Shown here: one piece after another, positions 11,844 through 26,180 of the stretch
How the letters are laid out: every line of letters starts with the position of its first letter
Position numbering within the stretch: position 1 is the first letter of the stretch
NCBI GenBank assembly: GCA_964016885.1
Contig: OZ024743.1
Span: forward strand, 231,880,001-231,944,000
Source: Eledone cirrhosa
Taxonomy: Eukaryota
Direction of reading: 5' to 3'
DNA: 64,000 bases
Made by a program: the position numbers and the translations under genes
The notes under the pieces: model-generated
Databases searched by the model: none
Seen by the model: the letters and a program-made list of their open reading frames with translations, nothing else
What the model was told of the DNA's origin: nothing

Positions 11844-12461
11844 CAATATACAACAGTTTTACAAATAAGCTTTGACGTACTCTTTTAAAATGCGACCATC
11901 ATTTTTGGAAGCCATCTGGATAGTGAATTGTTTATATTATTTTAATAAGTCTTAGTTTAAGGACAATTAGAAAAAGACGGAGAGAAAAAAGACGGAAAGA
12001 GAGAAAAAAAAGAAAAAGAAAAAACGTGGAGAAATATCGGAGAGAGAGAAATGCATACAGAAGAGAGGAAGAGATAAATAAAGACAGGGGGGGGGAAGAA
12101 AGAAAAAAGAAAAAAGGAAGAAATAAGAAAAAACAGAGGAAAGCAACAGTGAGATATCAAAACTCAGACAGATAGAAAACCTCAAGAGAGAGAAATAATA
12201 TATAGAGAGAGGGGGAGATAATGAAAACTTTACGTCATGTCATATTAAGTTGAGGTAACAATTTATATGAAATGAATAATAAAAATATAAATATTAATAT
12301 TCATGAATGGGACATAAATACATAATATGAGAAATTAAACATTGTTTAATAATGATTATATGTTTAGTTTAAAAATTGAGATCAATATACTAAAGTTTGA
12401 GTTTAAGCATCCAAAATGTACGCATTGCTAGAGAAACCACTATCTTACTGCAAAGATACAC

Positions 12462-12497
<36 letters not shown>

Positions 12498-13240
12498 GCA
12501 CATCCTGAAAATAGAAATTATATCTAGTCAAGCCTATAATATAGACATTACAAAACACAAATGATTTCTCTTAATTACTGCTATACATTATTTGTGTTAT
12601 AAAAAGTTCACAGTATATATACATAAATATATACGATTAACAGTCATGCCTTCATATATACGATTATCATTCATGCATTTAACATTCTGTTAAAATTATG
12701 CATATCTGCAATCAAAACTGCGTGGGTAGGCATGCACACACATAACTCTCACCCACACACAGATATACATATATATATATATACACATACACATATGTAA
12801 ATAAATATTTGCGTGCGTCTTCACCAATTGTTAGACTCGCATCACTCATGTATACATACAGACAGATATACAATCATAAAAAAACCTATAACACTTTTAT
12901 ATGCATGTTAATACACACATACATATTTGTATAGAGATAATCAAATATCAATATATTACTAAAGGATTATACTTTGGAAATATAATTATAACAATATAAA
13001 TTTAAAATACCAAAGGATTATATTTTGGAAATACAATTATATCAGTATAGTCTAAAGGACAAACAAATTCCAGAAATATCAAAACATTAAATATCTTTAA
13101 AACACTATAGATTATCTTAAGTTAAAATAATATGTTTCATATATTTAGTATAGAAATTTATCCTACGTATATTTCAATCAAGATATTGAGAGGGTAGACT
13201 TATGAAAATTATGAGAAGCTATCAGAATCAAAACAAACCT

Positions 13241-13560
13241 AAAATAAATAAAAATAAAAATAAAAATAAAAATAAAAATAAAAATAAAAATAAAAATAAA
13301 AATAAAAATAAAAATAAAAATAAAAATAAAAATAAAAATAAAAATAAAAATAAGAATAAAAATAAAAATAAAAATAAAAATAAAAATAAAAATAAAAATA
13401 AAAATAAAAATAAAAATAAAAATAAAAATAAGAATAAAAATAAAATAAGAATAAGAATAAAAATAAAAATAAAAATAAAAATAAAAATAAAAATAAAAAT
13501 AAAAATAAAAGTAAAAGTAAAATTAAAAATAAAAATAAAAATTAAAATAAAAATAAAGTT
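13241..13560. repeat. (TAAAAA)n hexamer satellite inside the PLE 3' region
   Basis: Continuous aaaaat repeat; the KNKNKN ORF is an artefact. Confidence 0.9.
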
Positions 13561-13879
13561 AAATAAATATTATATCAATATAATTTAAAAATCTAAAAAT
13601 TTTAAAAGTTTAAAAAATAAAAAAATAAAAAAATTTAAAAAATTTAAAAATTTAAAAAAGCTAAGGATTCTACAGATATCCTTATATTTAGTATAGAAAT
13701 TTATCTTACGTATATTTTATTTAAGACATTGGAAGTATAGACATTTTAGAGTAGTTTATTATATCTATGTTTATATTTAGGAAGGAAATTTAAAAAGAAA
13801 AAGGTAAAGGAATCCAATGATTTATCGACAGGTTTCATATATTAAATAAATTACTTAATTAATTATACTACATTTTAAA

Positions 13880-15245
13880 TTTATATTTATATCTAAACGC
13901 TGAGTTCAATCTATGTCTGCAGCAACTGAATAAATTATTTCTTCAATACAAAGATCACAATTTTCTGAAGAGGAATTAAAAGGAGTAGCTAATTAGATAA
14001 TATTCGAAGTCATCGAATATTTAACATTATCTCGTTTTAGGTCCCATAGTAGGCTAGATAGCGAAGTTGAAGATTTTTTGTTTGGATCTGTGAAAGAATT
14101 TTTATGATTATTGAACCGAAATTTAAATTCTGTAGAGGTAGAACCGACATAGTTAAATGAATTTAAATTAGTTTTAACATTACAATTGTACACTACATTT
14201 TTAGCTAAGCTGTTGTTATTTAACGGACAGTTAGATTTATTTCTACAATTACAGTTATTCAATTGAATATTGCTTGGGTTATTATTGGTATTTTGGTTAG
14301 GTTTTAAGTTTCTATTATTAATTTTATTAATATTTTGTGCTAAATTTTTGGTGGACGAGTAAGTTAATTTTATAGTATGTCTATTAAAAATTGTGTAATA
14401 TTTATGTGTTCTAGGGAAGCGTTAATCGGGAGCTTTAAAGAATAGTTTAGCAATAGGGGTTTTAATACTAAGTGAGAAAGGGGGAGCAAACCATAATATA
14501 TTTCTAGTTCTATTTCTTTTTCGGCTTTTGGAATTATTGTAATGTTTTCTATTTTCTAGTTGTTAAAGTTGTTACCATAATTAAAATTGTTATTATTTTG
14601 GTTAGTTTGCTTATTATTATTATTATCGATGTATTTAATTTTATTTCTATATCCAGCTCTATCTAATGCTTCGTTGTAATACTGCGCTTTTTCATCAAAT
14701 ATATTTTTATTAGATGAAATTCTTGAAATTCGTTCTTGAACAGAGTTCACTATAGTATTTTTAACAGATCTGGGGTGATTAGAGTTAAAATTAACATAAT
14801 TCAAGTTCTCATTTAGTTTGTGAAATGGATAATGAAGACATGTGTTGAGATTTAGTGTTATATCTAGAAAATTGACTAGTTTATGGTTATTCTCTATTTC
14901 TACTTTTAGATTAAGGTAATTAAGAAATTGTATAATTTGTTTTCTTTTTCTATTTAGTTCACAGCTATTATTTTCCATAAGTAAAAGCATGTCATCACGA
15001 AATAAGCCTCCGGTTACACCTGGTATTTTTCTATGTAGCGAATTAATTATAAATAGGCCCACAAGGTCCGTTAACTGAGCTGAGTCTGATGATCCCATAG
15101 TTTTGTCGAAATTATTATTTCTATCTGCCCTAGTCCAGAGTTGGTTATTAAATTCTATCAATGTTTTCCTTGCCGATAATATAATGTGCATTTCATTGCT
15201 AGTTAGGTCTGTATGTTTAAATGTGTATTTTAGTGCCTTATTCAT
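13880..15245 (-). pseudogene. Penelope-like RT (C-terminal half) plus GIY-YIG endonuclease, disrupted
   Basis: TMGSSDSAQLTDLVG, LFRDD, NFLDITL and SNHP in ORF 14556-15245; CNCRNKSNCPL, VVY and YVGST..FKFRFNNH in ORF 13993-14262. Confidence 0.88.
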
Positions 15246-15469
15246 TATATATTATTTCTCTCTCTTGAGGTTTTCTATCTGTCTGATGTTTTGATATCTC
15301 TCTGTTGCTTTCCTCTGTTTTTTCTTTCTTTCCGTCTTTTTCCTAACTGTGCTTAACACTATAACTAATAAAATAATTATAAACATCTCACTATCCAGAC
15401 AGCTTCCAAAAATAATGGTCGCATCTAATAGGGTACGTCTAAATTATTTATAAAACTGTTTATATATTG

Positions 15470-15534
15470 TATTTTGTCTGATGAAGGCATACCATCATTT
15501 AATTTGGTATCCCTGAAATATGTATAATGAAATA
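15470..15534 (+). ncRNA. Type I hammerhead ribozyme (family 2) in the inverted pLTR
   Basis: tattttgt CTGATGA(15478-15484) aggcatacca..tggtatccct GAAA(15515-15518) tatgt ATA|atgaaata. Confidence 0.75.
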
Positions 15535-15662
15535 AATATGGTTTTATAAATATAGTTTCCATTTATTAATATCGTATATCTACTCCAAATACCTGTCGAG
15601 TGCTTTATATCAGTTATAAAAATATTTACTTGTTGTATCCCAACAATTTTAAATAGAACTTT

Positions 15663-15721
<59 letters not shown>

Positions 15722-16035
15722 GAAGTACGCTACCTGAAGAAATCGATGATAAAGTTATATTTGAATATATAGAGTGTAGATAGCCGAGGCTACACCATTT
15801 TATATATAAATATACACACATCTATGTAGGCATGTAATCATGTCTGAAAATTCGAATTTCCCTGTGAAATTTAAACAATGGAAATACTATGCAAATTACT
15901 ACGTCCATTTAGAATAGTCCGAAAAGCGAATGGGTTTATAAGCCCGTCAAATACGTTTCATGTAGAGAGAAATGTGTGTGTGGTGTATATATACATATAT
16001 ATATGCCCCTCCACACACACACATAGACACACACG

Positions 16036-16121
<86 letters not shown>

Positions 16122-16173
16122 AATATAATATTCAAAATATTAATAAATAAGAATTTTCATAACGAAAACATAT

Positions 16174-16234
16174 ATTTTATTATACATATTTCAAGGGTAC
16201 TGTGGTTTTTAAGTATACCATCATCAGATAAAAC
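16174..16234 (-). ncRNA. Hammerhead-like motif (related family, weak stem II)
   Basis: Minus strand GUUUUAU-CUGAUGA-UGGUAUAC..GUACCCUU-GAAA-UAUGU-AUA|AUAAAAU. Core and stems I and III are intact; the base of stem II is mismatched. Confidence 0.55.
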
Positions 16235-16356
16235 ATAAGAGATTGACTGTTCGACATACCCCTAAGGTCTTGAACCTTCAATACCTGTAGTGGTAGTAAG
16301 TTATTTCCTCAACACACTCAACATTTATATACCAACAATATATATATATACCTAAA

Positions 16357-16395
<39 letters not shown>

Positions 16396-17203
16396 GGGTT
16401 TAGGATGGTGGTTAGGACGGAACAGGAGGAGAAAGAAAGAAAACAGTTTCCATCGTCAGCTGTAAATGTATCCTGAACCGATGTTTCGGCGCTGAATTAC
16501 ATCGGTGTAGTTCGGATGCGCCCGCATATATATATATGATGTTACTGATTTTGTACACCGTATCAGCTCAGGTCATATAGAATTATTATTCAATACTCCT
16601 CCCAATCGTCTCCAATTCATTTATTTCTACTTATCCTAATACAGTACGCCTCGGACTACATTATTCAACTTAACATTTTGTATGATGGTAGGATGAAATT
16701 TGTTGTTCCTGTTATTTCTAGCAAATTGGGAAATTTCTTAGCGGCATTCTCTTCGGCTTCAGCATGTGATACAAGCTTTATGTTATAAATCGCTGTCATG
16801 TATTATGTCATACGGTTTCCTCCCTCATATTAGCAAACATAAAACTTTCTTAAATTGTGAAAAAAAAGAATTATTTAGCCGACTAACATAAAAAATGTAT
16901 TAATTTTCTAAAGCACGAATTGTATTGCCTTGCAGATGATACAGACAGAGGTCACCGTACTTTGATTTATAGCTAAACGTTGATGTTCTGTTTAGAATTT
17001 AAAGCAAATCTGTATTTTATTTTATTTTTATGTCGGATTTGAAATATATTTCCAACGTACTGCGTGAAATGAAATTTATAGCTCTTCTATATATGTTTTG
17101 ATTGGGCATAAGATGTTTCTAGAGTGTTTAATCGTAGGGGACTCAATCCTTTAATGATAAATACGTGAAATAAAACGTCTTAGTTAAGATAAGAACTTAT
17201 CAC

Positions 17204-17270
17204 TCGGTCCAGCACTCGAACCCATGACGTACAACCAAACATCCAATACCTCAAGCACTTGGCCACACAC
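17204..17270 (-). mobile_element. Decayed tRNA-derived SINE head
   Basis: Minus strand gtgtggccaagtgc (A-box-like) followed by gggttcgagtgc (B-box-like); no full cloverleaf. Confidence 0.4.
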
Positions 17271-19519
17271 ATACACGCAACGCACTATATCATTACCTAC
17301 GAAAGAGTAAAAGAATATCAGTTTGTACTGATGCAAATGACATCGCGGATGTAGAGGTTATATCCCTTGCCGAATTCCATGTGCGTATTTAGCTTGGGTT
17401 ATGCCATTTCATTCGTTTGGACAAAGCTCGTTGATGAAGTAAATTTTCCTGTCCACTGCTATCTAGAAGTCTTATATATTTTTATGCGAGCTGATAGAGA
17501 ACAGTTTAAGGATTTACAGAAACCCATGAAGCTAGATTTAACATCTTCCTAGCGGGTCCGGGTATGCTTTTTACATTCATTTAATTTATTGATTTATTGA
17601 TTTTTTATCTGAGTGTCCCGAATCTTCCGGATCGCAAATTTTCGATCGTACGGTTGATTATAGACTTGTTCTGTGTGTGACGGTATTTTAACGATAGTTA
17701 TAGCTCTGATTTATCTAAATTATGGAGCACTCTGCCGCTCATATCGAATTTTGTTTATCGTGAACTCGTGCGCCGATTTTTCGATACTCGATTATTCTAC
17801 TATATATATATATATATATATATATACACAAACATATAATACTTTGGCCTCCCTACAGTTTTGGAATCAATAATCTGAGCTCTTATTAGCTTAACAGCAT
17901 TTTATCAACGATGTTATAAGTAATATTTATCAATGTTTTTTAAGACATCAATTTTCAGGTATATTCCTACAAAGCTACGAATTGCTCACATGAACTTGTT
18001 TATTGGGGCGTCAGGGTATGGTAGCTATTTGGCTAAGATTCATATTTACGGTAATTCTGTTGAAACGCCGGTGGGATTCCGGTTGTTATATAAATGGAAA
18101 ATGATAAATGTGGATCCTCGCATTTCTTTCCACGTTCTCATCGATATCGTATAGCATTTTGCAACATACATTTCTCTTCATTGTCCATTGACAACTTCTA
18201 TTTCATATTATTGAGGAGGTTTTGTATATATACACTAGATTGTCCAATGTGTCCTTTCTATTTTATTTGTAAGGTAGCAGGTTGTGATTTAAGGTATAAA
18301 CGTTTAATGTTTGTTTCGGATGAGGCAACTACGTTGAATTATCTTCTTTGGTTTGTATGTTCAATTGTTTAAAAACCTTACAACTGATGGAAATACAAAC
18401 GTCAGAATTCAGCTTAATGTGTTAAGCTTTCATTAAATTTTTTCTGGAGGTGTCGGATTTTGCCTTTCTTAAATCTGCTACTTACCATTTTATGTAATAC
18501 AAATCCATTCATTCGAAGTCTTCAAAGTAGCCCATGACACCAATGTCATAAGTTCATAGTAGGTTTCCGTGAATATATTCTCCCCCCAAAATAAGCTTAA
18601 ATTAAAACAGCTCCCAACATCAAGCAAAATGGGGAAGTTGCTGCTGTTAGTTGGCCTTATGTGAGACTTGCTTGATCATATCGTTGATCAAAGACATTCT
18701 AGTTATGACAATCCAGTCTTGTTTTCAAGTGAATATATGTGACAGTGATCTTCGTTAATGATCATAATCTGTTTCATTGTTGATGCAGATCTTTATATGT
18801 ACAGTTCTTGCTGTAAAGGTCTTAGAAAACAGCATTCAATAAATTTGCAGTAGTCATATTTTCAAAAATAACTAACGTATTGTATACCCACTACATCGTT
18901 TTCCATAGTTTGAAATAATTTTTTTAGTGCTATATCTATATAATTATCGTTTCTTTGACTTACTAGCTGTACCTAAATTACTTTTTGACGAGTTAAACAG
19001 TCTGCAGCTGGGTTGGCGAAATTGTTTTGAGGCCGTTTAATAATGAAGACTTTGTGAGTCATTATCATTGGTATTCACTGTTGTCTTTTATTGTGTTTAC
19101 CGTGTTAAATAATTTTTTTCTATGTAAAGTGATGTTAATTGCATTTTAAAGAATATTATCGTGTAAATGTTCCTTTTAGCTATTTGATTACGTCGTGTAC
19201 AATTATTGTCTTTTCTGCTAACTGTTTATAAAATACTTTACTTTTTTTACAAGCTCATCTTATATAGGCAATTATTTATCTCGCCTTACAATTCTCTATT
19301 TTTATTTCTACATAGAAATTAATTTTTCAAAATCATCGACATCGTTTGTTTTTCTTTCGTTTTTACTATTTTGTGTGTGGCCATTTCTTCAAGGTAATTC
19401 TCCTATAACACACAGTCTGTGAAGCAGATACAAAACAAACTTAAACATATCCAAGTTTCATTCAAAATAACAGGGAAAATTACAGGTGTATTGGAGTAGA
19501 GATAGTGTCATGCAGTACC

Positions 19520-20350
19520 TAAGATGTGTGTGTGTCCGTCAAACATATACATATACACCAGGTCAGTTGATCAGTTCTATCACAAAGTTTACATGTTTTG
19601 AGAAATGTTCCTCCTGCTGACAAACTTGTAATCACGAGTGATTTCAGGGCGGGATCTGCTTTTGTGTCGTGGCCTCTTTTAGGTAAACATGATTTACGAA
19701 GTTGCAATAGAAATGGTGTTTCATTTCTCACCTTTTTTACTGACCATCAAATCATGATAACTAATAGCCTTTTTCAGCAGAGAAAGAAGTATAAGACAAC
19801 ATTGGCACTTAGTTGGCTTTAACCTAGTTAAGAGACGGGATATAAAAGAGATATTTGTGTATCATGAGAGGGAAAAAAAATGCTGGACCGATCAGTGTAT
19901 GGTCAGGGTAAAACTTAATATATATATTGAACCAAAGGTTAGACAGGCCTGAACCAAGGTGCCACAGAAACATAATGTATCCAATTTCAAGTCTCCTGGT
20001 GTCATCATCCAGAACTTACTTTGTGCGTTGGAAAACATAACACTGAATCTGAATGACCCTTGGAAGGATATTTAAACATTGTGTATAAAACAGCATCCGA
20101 GTCACTGGGATTTAAATCAAGAGAATCTAATGACGGGATCACAGATAACTATCCTGCTATACGTCACCTACTCATGGAGGAACAATCCTTGTATCAAAAG
20201 CTTCTCTCATAATCAATCAAACCAAATTCTAATCCACTCTACAGGAATCTTAAGAGTAAGGTTCAGAATATTCTGAGGAAATTTATGTAGCTATGTTGGC
20301 ATGGAAAAACCAAGCACGCACAGAAAGCAGAAGATCGCAGAGATATTGAA
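19520..20350 (+). pseudogene. Highly decayed RTE-clade LINE fragment (APE domain)
   Basis: VPPADKLVITSDF...LGKHDLRSCNRNG..LTFFTDHQIMITNSLFQQRKKYKTT resembles RTE-type AP endonucleases; boundaries approximate. Confidence 0.65.
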
Positions 20351-20482
20351 ACATATTTCTCATTAGTAATTCTCTGTATCGACCTTCTAATCTAGTTGCA
20401 AGTTAACCAAGTATTTTATACAATAAAATATATTTACGTCTATCATTACATGCTGATGGCTCTTTCTTTAATGATTACAACA

Positions 20483-20554
<72 letters not shown>

Positions 20555-20832
20555 CGCACAACCTGTTGGGTTTCACTTCAATTTGTTACAAATTTCTGGT
20601 TGGTTGGTTCGATAAGCGGAAGGATGTTTATATATTGTCAAAGCTTTTTCGTAATACATTCTTCAGTTACAAGGTTTTTATTGTGTGTGACACTCCTTTG
20701 TTCTGTCGTAGACCATCTTAGATTGGCATCGATTTGAAGCTGATGGGTATGTATAGCTGATATTTATAATGATACCCATCATTTTTCACGACAATCATGA
20801 TGACAACGATTCCGATGAACATCTTTATTATT

Positions 20833-21048
20833 GTGGTTTGGCAGTATCGGTAGAGCGTCAGACACCATACTTTGCAGTATAGAGTTGCGACCGTTTACGC
20901 TCTGAGTTCAAAACCTGTCAAGGTTAGCTTTGCCTTTCATCCTTACGGGCGTCGATAAAATATAGTACCAGTAATACAGTGGTATGAATTAATCGATTTT
21001 CCCTCCCCTTCAAATTGCTGGCTTTGTACCTAAAGTAGAAACAATTAT
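20833..21048 (+). mobile_element. tRNA-derived SINE
   Basis: A-box tggcagtatcgg, B-box gagttcaaaacc, central gcctttcatcc...gtcgataaaa...gtaccag and an att/atg repeat tail. Confidence 0.8.
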
Positions 21049-21068
21049 TATGATGATGATAAAAAAGA

Positions 21069-21320
21069 TGGTGGGTTGGCAACAGAGTCAGTAGAGCGTC
21101 GGACAATATGCTTTGTTAGCATAGAGTTTTGGCCATTTACGCTCTGAGTTCAAATCCCGCTGAGGTTAGCTTTACCTTTCTTCCTTACGGGATCGATAAA
21201 ATAAAACACTAGTTATAATTTAATCGACTTTCTCTCCCCTTTCCCTGCATGTAGGATAAAGTACCAGTAATGCACTGGGGAAATTGTTGGCCTTGTGCCA
21301 AAAGTAGAGACAATTATTAT
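21069..21320 (+). mobile_element. tRNA-derived SINE (same family, tandem)
   Basis: gagttcaaatcc B-box, with the same central domain and tail. Confidence 0.8.
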
Positions 21321-21929
21321 GATGATGAAAATCTTGATATATGATAATGGCAATGATGATAAATATGTTTGAGAAGATGATGAAAATCATCATAAAAATG
21401 ACGATGACTGTAAGCATGATGATGATGAGGTTGATGACGATTATATTAATGATGATGATGTCATAGTTATAATCGTGATGATGACGATGTCGACGGTTAT
21501 GATGACGATGGCGATGGTAAGTTCGTTGTTGGAGAGGATACTTGTTATGATGTGTAAAAAAGCGAAGAAAGCAACAATTATAAAAATAATAATTTGCAAA
21601 CACACGTCGTGTTTTTGTTTGCTTTTATAACGTTTCATTTTGTATTATTATTTATAATATTTTTCTGTTTTTTTAAGAAAAATAATGAATTATTTATTAC
21701 GCCATTTTTTCTTTGTCTTTATTATCACACCTTTCAACATTGTCAGAAAATGAAAATTAAATTCCCTGTCAAACAATATATTATTGATTAAGCAGTCAAA
21801 TTAAGAAATGGCTATTTCTCAGTATCTATGTAAGCATGCACAGCACCATAAACTCGACCGATACATACATATGCACACATATGCAAATGCATACACACGC
21901 ACATTCACATCCATACACATAGTTACATA

Positions 21930-22425
<496 letters not shown>

Positions 22426-22426
<1 letters not shown>

Positions 22427-23881
22427 TTAATGTAAACATTGATGCAATTCAATTCAAGAACTCAACGTATTTTTTCCACGTAGGAGCGACGGAGTATATA
22501 TCGAATAAGAAAACTACTTCGCTCTTTCTTATTTGAAACTACTGAAACTACTTCGCTTTTTCTTATTCGATATATACTCCGTCGCTCCTATGTGGAAAAA
22601 GTACGTTGAGCGCTTGAATTGAATTGCATCAATATTTACCTTAAGAATTTTGCTCCAAAGCGTTGAGCACTCTATGGTGTAACCGATATAGTGGAGAAGA
22701 GAGGAACCAGTCATCAGCTATACCCGGAAATTCCCTCCACCATGGGGATTGATTACACATACTGGAAATCCCTGCTACCGGACGGACATAAAATTATAAA
22801 CTAACTTTCGACAGGATACATACGCGGAACTAAAAACAACGATAAAACCCCTTATTTTCCTGCAGCAAATTGCATTTGCACAGAGGCCTTGAACGGAAGC
22901 CCCCTCACTTCACCAGCTAACGAATTGTTATATGCACTTTACATGGACAAAATTGACAATCATTTTAACCACCTATACCCTCATTTCCATAGAGTTTACC
23001 TTCCTCGTATATTTTTCTCATATATATCTCTTATCTCATTTTGCATCTATGTATTTTTTGTATTTTATATTTTGTATTTTTTGTTTTGAATCACGTGATT
23101 GAGATATTAACTATGTATTTGCCTAATTACTACGTTTCATACTGTAACTTACCCTCCGTTCTACTGTACGGTACTATCGTTCAATATATTGACCCTCCTT
23201 TCAAAACTTCTTACTATAATTTAAACATCTCTCTATTTATTAATTATTATATGTACATATATTTTTTTTTTTTTACTTCATTACTTCAATCGAGATTCTA
23301 GCTTGTAATTTTTTTTTATTTCTAATTTTCAATCATAATTTCCACTGTGAAACCATAATACCTAGAAGTAAGTATATATTCTCTTAGCGGGTGATGCTTA
23401 ATTCTATTGTCCATGCATAATTTAGGGGTAGTATTGAGACCTATTGAAACTTATATTCTCCCAACCCACTAGGTTTCGGCCAACTGCCACTGGAAGGGCG
23501 ACTAGCAGTAAACTATAACCGTGTCATGTTACAGACCTGGATGGGGTGATTATTTGGTTGAGAGGGGGACCTGCCTAGGTGGGTTACGTGGAACTTTTGG
23601 GTAGTTGATGGTCAACTTCCTTCGGACTTGCGCCTGCGCAGACCGGTGGGGGTGAATTGGGACTCACAAGGGAACGATCGAAGGATTCATTAGCACACGC
23701 TTTGTCCGTTCCCCTGTCGATTTCATTTGGATTGCCTCGGAAAGATAACCTCATTATGTAAGAAGTGTCTGTTAATGTCCCGGCACTGAGTACACCGAAG
23801 CGCGTGGCCACTGTCGTCATTCAAATATGTATCACAGGATTATCATTAAATAACATCTGAAACTACTTCGCTTTTTCTTAT

Positions 23882-23885
<4 letters not shown>
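22426..23885 (+). mobile_element. Non-coding PLE-like element with 5' fold-back, terminal direct repeat and decayed hammerhead
   Basis: 22426-22512 is inverted at about 22558-22645. tgaaactacttcgctttttcttattc occurs at about 22544 and 23858. 22827-23885 is homologous to 34389-35992. Degenerate HHR at about 23763-23838 (CTGTTAA...CAAA tatgt ATC acag). Confidence 0.6.
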
Positions 23886-23961
<76 letters not shown>

Positions 23962-24789
23962 TATGTATATATATATACATATATGAGAATATGTGTGTTT
24001 ACATATACGCTCTATTCCTTTCATTTTCTCTCTCGCTTTCTCTCCATCTGTCTCTTCTCTGACCACTCTAAGATTGTTGCTCCACTGCTGCAGTCTCTAC
24101 AGCATCTATATATTGTCTCCACACCAGGGCAATATTTGTAGCAATGGCATATTTCTTAGGCAGAGAGCCTGTATTCTATGCTGTATAACATTGTTGCATT
24201 TTACTGGAGTATTTGGAATGAACTAGTTAGGTGCAGGTCACCCGGGCTCTGAGTTGAGCAAACATACCGCCTAACTCTGCTACACCATGACAACAGGTGA
24301 ACACTTACATCCTCCTTGGGTTATACATAGGAAGATATTATGTGACTAGAATATCAGAATTATTTACTCTACCATTATCGATAAATCTATTAACTTATTA
24401 AATTATTAAATACTTTGTAGGCTTAGACTAATGGTGGCCGAATTAATCCTATTTGTAGATTTGTGGTTTTAATGTCATTAAGCATTAAATAGAGAAAGTA
24501 TCTGATAATTTATATCTTGTAGAATAGGTTTATAGAAATATATATGAAACACGGGATGGATAATGTTGTAAGGAAATCGAGATTTCATTACATATATGCT
24601 CACATATGTGAAAATAGGAGGGCAGTAGTAAGACATATAACGACAACAGTGAAACAAGATGACAGGCTAGAGGTTGAGGATGAACTATATAGTGAAGATT
24701 GGGTATAGTGTATAGGAATGGTAGAACGAGAATATTACTAGAAGAAAATGAAGTGGGATTAGAATATTGAGGGAAAATAGGTAATTAAT

Positions 24790-24980
24790 AATGGTTTCTA
24801 CTTTTGGCACAAGGCCAGCAATTATTCCAGTACATTACTGGTACTTTATTTTATCGACCTCGTAAGGATGAAAGGCAAAGTTAACCTCGGCGGGATTTGA
24901 ACTCAGACCGTAAAGGGACGTAATTTTGCTGGAAAGCATGGCGTCCGACTCTCTACCGACACTGCCAATCCACCACCCTC
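24790..24980 (-). mobile_element. tRNA-derived SINE (same family)
   Basis: Reverse complement of gagttcaaatcccgcc...gcctttcatccttacgaggtcgataaaataaagtaccag. Confidence 0.8.
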
Positions 24981-25371
24981 TTATAGGTAATTAATAATAT
25001 TATATATGGTAGATAGCGATTTCTTCCCATGTGGAATGTCCACTGAAACATTAATACTTATTACGTCATTAATTTACAAGTAATCCATTATAATTACTGT
25101 ATAAAAGGCAATAGATAATCAGATAATGATTTATTCAGTTATTAATAAGCATATAATAAAATGAAAACAAATGTCTTTATTAGCGGTTGAAATATTTGTA
25201 GGCGTCACATTGCTTGTATGCACTAATGACCATCAACACGCGTGAGGAAAATCGTTCTGTATGGCATTCAGAATGGTTGTAGATGTAGTGAATCTTTTGG
25301 ATTATGCGGTACAGACGCCACAAAGTTTATTATTCATCTAATACCGCTATTATTTATCTCATACCGTTAAA

Positions 25372-25596
25372 TGGCAGTGAATTGGCAGTACTGGTAGAGC
25401 ATTAGACAACATGTTTGGTGGCATAGAGTTATGGCCTTTTACTTTCTGAGTTCAAATCCCGCCGGGGTTAGCTTGGCCTTTCATCCTTATGAGCTCGATA
25501 AAATAAAATACCAGTAACGCACTGAGGTCAATTTAATCGACTCTCACCTCCCCACAAAACTTGTTTGACTTGTGCCTATAGTAGAAACCATTATTC
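25372..25596 (+). mobile_element. tRNA-derived SINE (same family)
   Basis: tggcagtactgg A-box, gagttcaaatcc B-box, central domain and agaaaccattatt tail. Confidence 0.8.
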
Positions 25597-25637
25597 GTCT
25601 ACGAGCGTTAGGTGAAGTGATATGCTTTAGTTGTTTA

Positions 25638-26180
25638 CTAGCAGAAGTACGCGACATTGCCCGGGTTAAAGAAAATAATGTCATTTCATTCAAAACTTTT
25701 TCTAGGGTATATTTTAAACTTCTAATATAGCTGTTACTTTTATGTAAAAACGTTTCGTTACAATATGATTTCTTACTTAGTTTCTCTATTCCTTTCATAT
25801 CTGTGCTTGGGGTTTCATATCACTAATAAAATAGTTGTGAATAGTTTTATTATTCTCAAACTGGTTGAAGTGGTCCAATTCTGGGGTACACTTGCACTTG
25901 ATCTTGAAAGTGGGTATAAGGCCACCTTCATGGATGATATTTGCACCAAATGACGACATTTGGAATGCAGTTTTTTACTTCTGCATATGTTGAAAGAAGT
26001 GTCTTGATTCGGTAGTTGTACCAATCAGCAGTCCTCGTAATGGTTCTGGTGATTCAGGTATTAGTCTAAACTTGATATTTCCAATTAATCAGCAGAATCC
26101 ACATGCCTCACCATTCCGATGTTTAGCACCACAATTTTAGGAAATTCGAATGAAAGGTTCGTAAGCATAGTCTTGGTGGG
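25638..26180 (-). mobile_element. Internally deleted Helitron remnant
   Basis: My translation of the minus strand at about 26150-25865 gives NCGAKHRNGEACGFC..PESPEPLRGLLIG..SRHFFQHM..TAFQMSSFGA..PTFKI/QVYPRIG, a RepHel N-terminal pattern. The minus strand ends cccgggcaatgtcgcg-tacttctg-CTAG|T at 25638. Confidence 0.7.

Larger units (their letters stand above)
11738..15667 (-). mobile_element. Penelope-like element, 5'-truncated, with sense 3' pLTR and inverted pLTR copy at the 5' end
   Basis: About 11738-12205 is reverse-complement similar to about 15246-15580. RT and GIY-YIG remnants lie between them, each pLTR has a hammerhead, and the flanks are (TA)n. Confidence 0.8.

Noticed and set aside
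13202-13588. KNKNKN 128-aa ORF
   Set aside because: Translation of the (TAAAAA)n satellite.
15727-15780. ctacCTGAAGA...GAAT...gtag as a hammerhead
   Set aside because: GAAA is absent and the stems are too weak to support a call.
16530-19500. Host gene exons in the apparently unique region
   Set aside because: The short ORFs have no recognisable domains; small exons cannot be excluded without transcript data.
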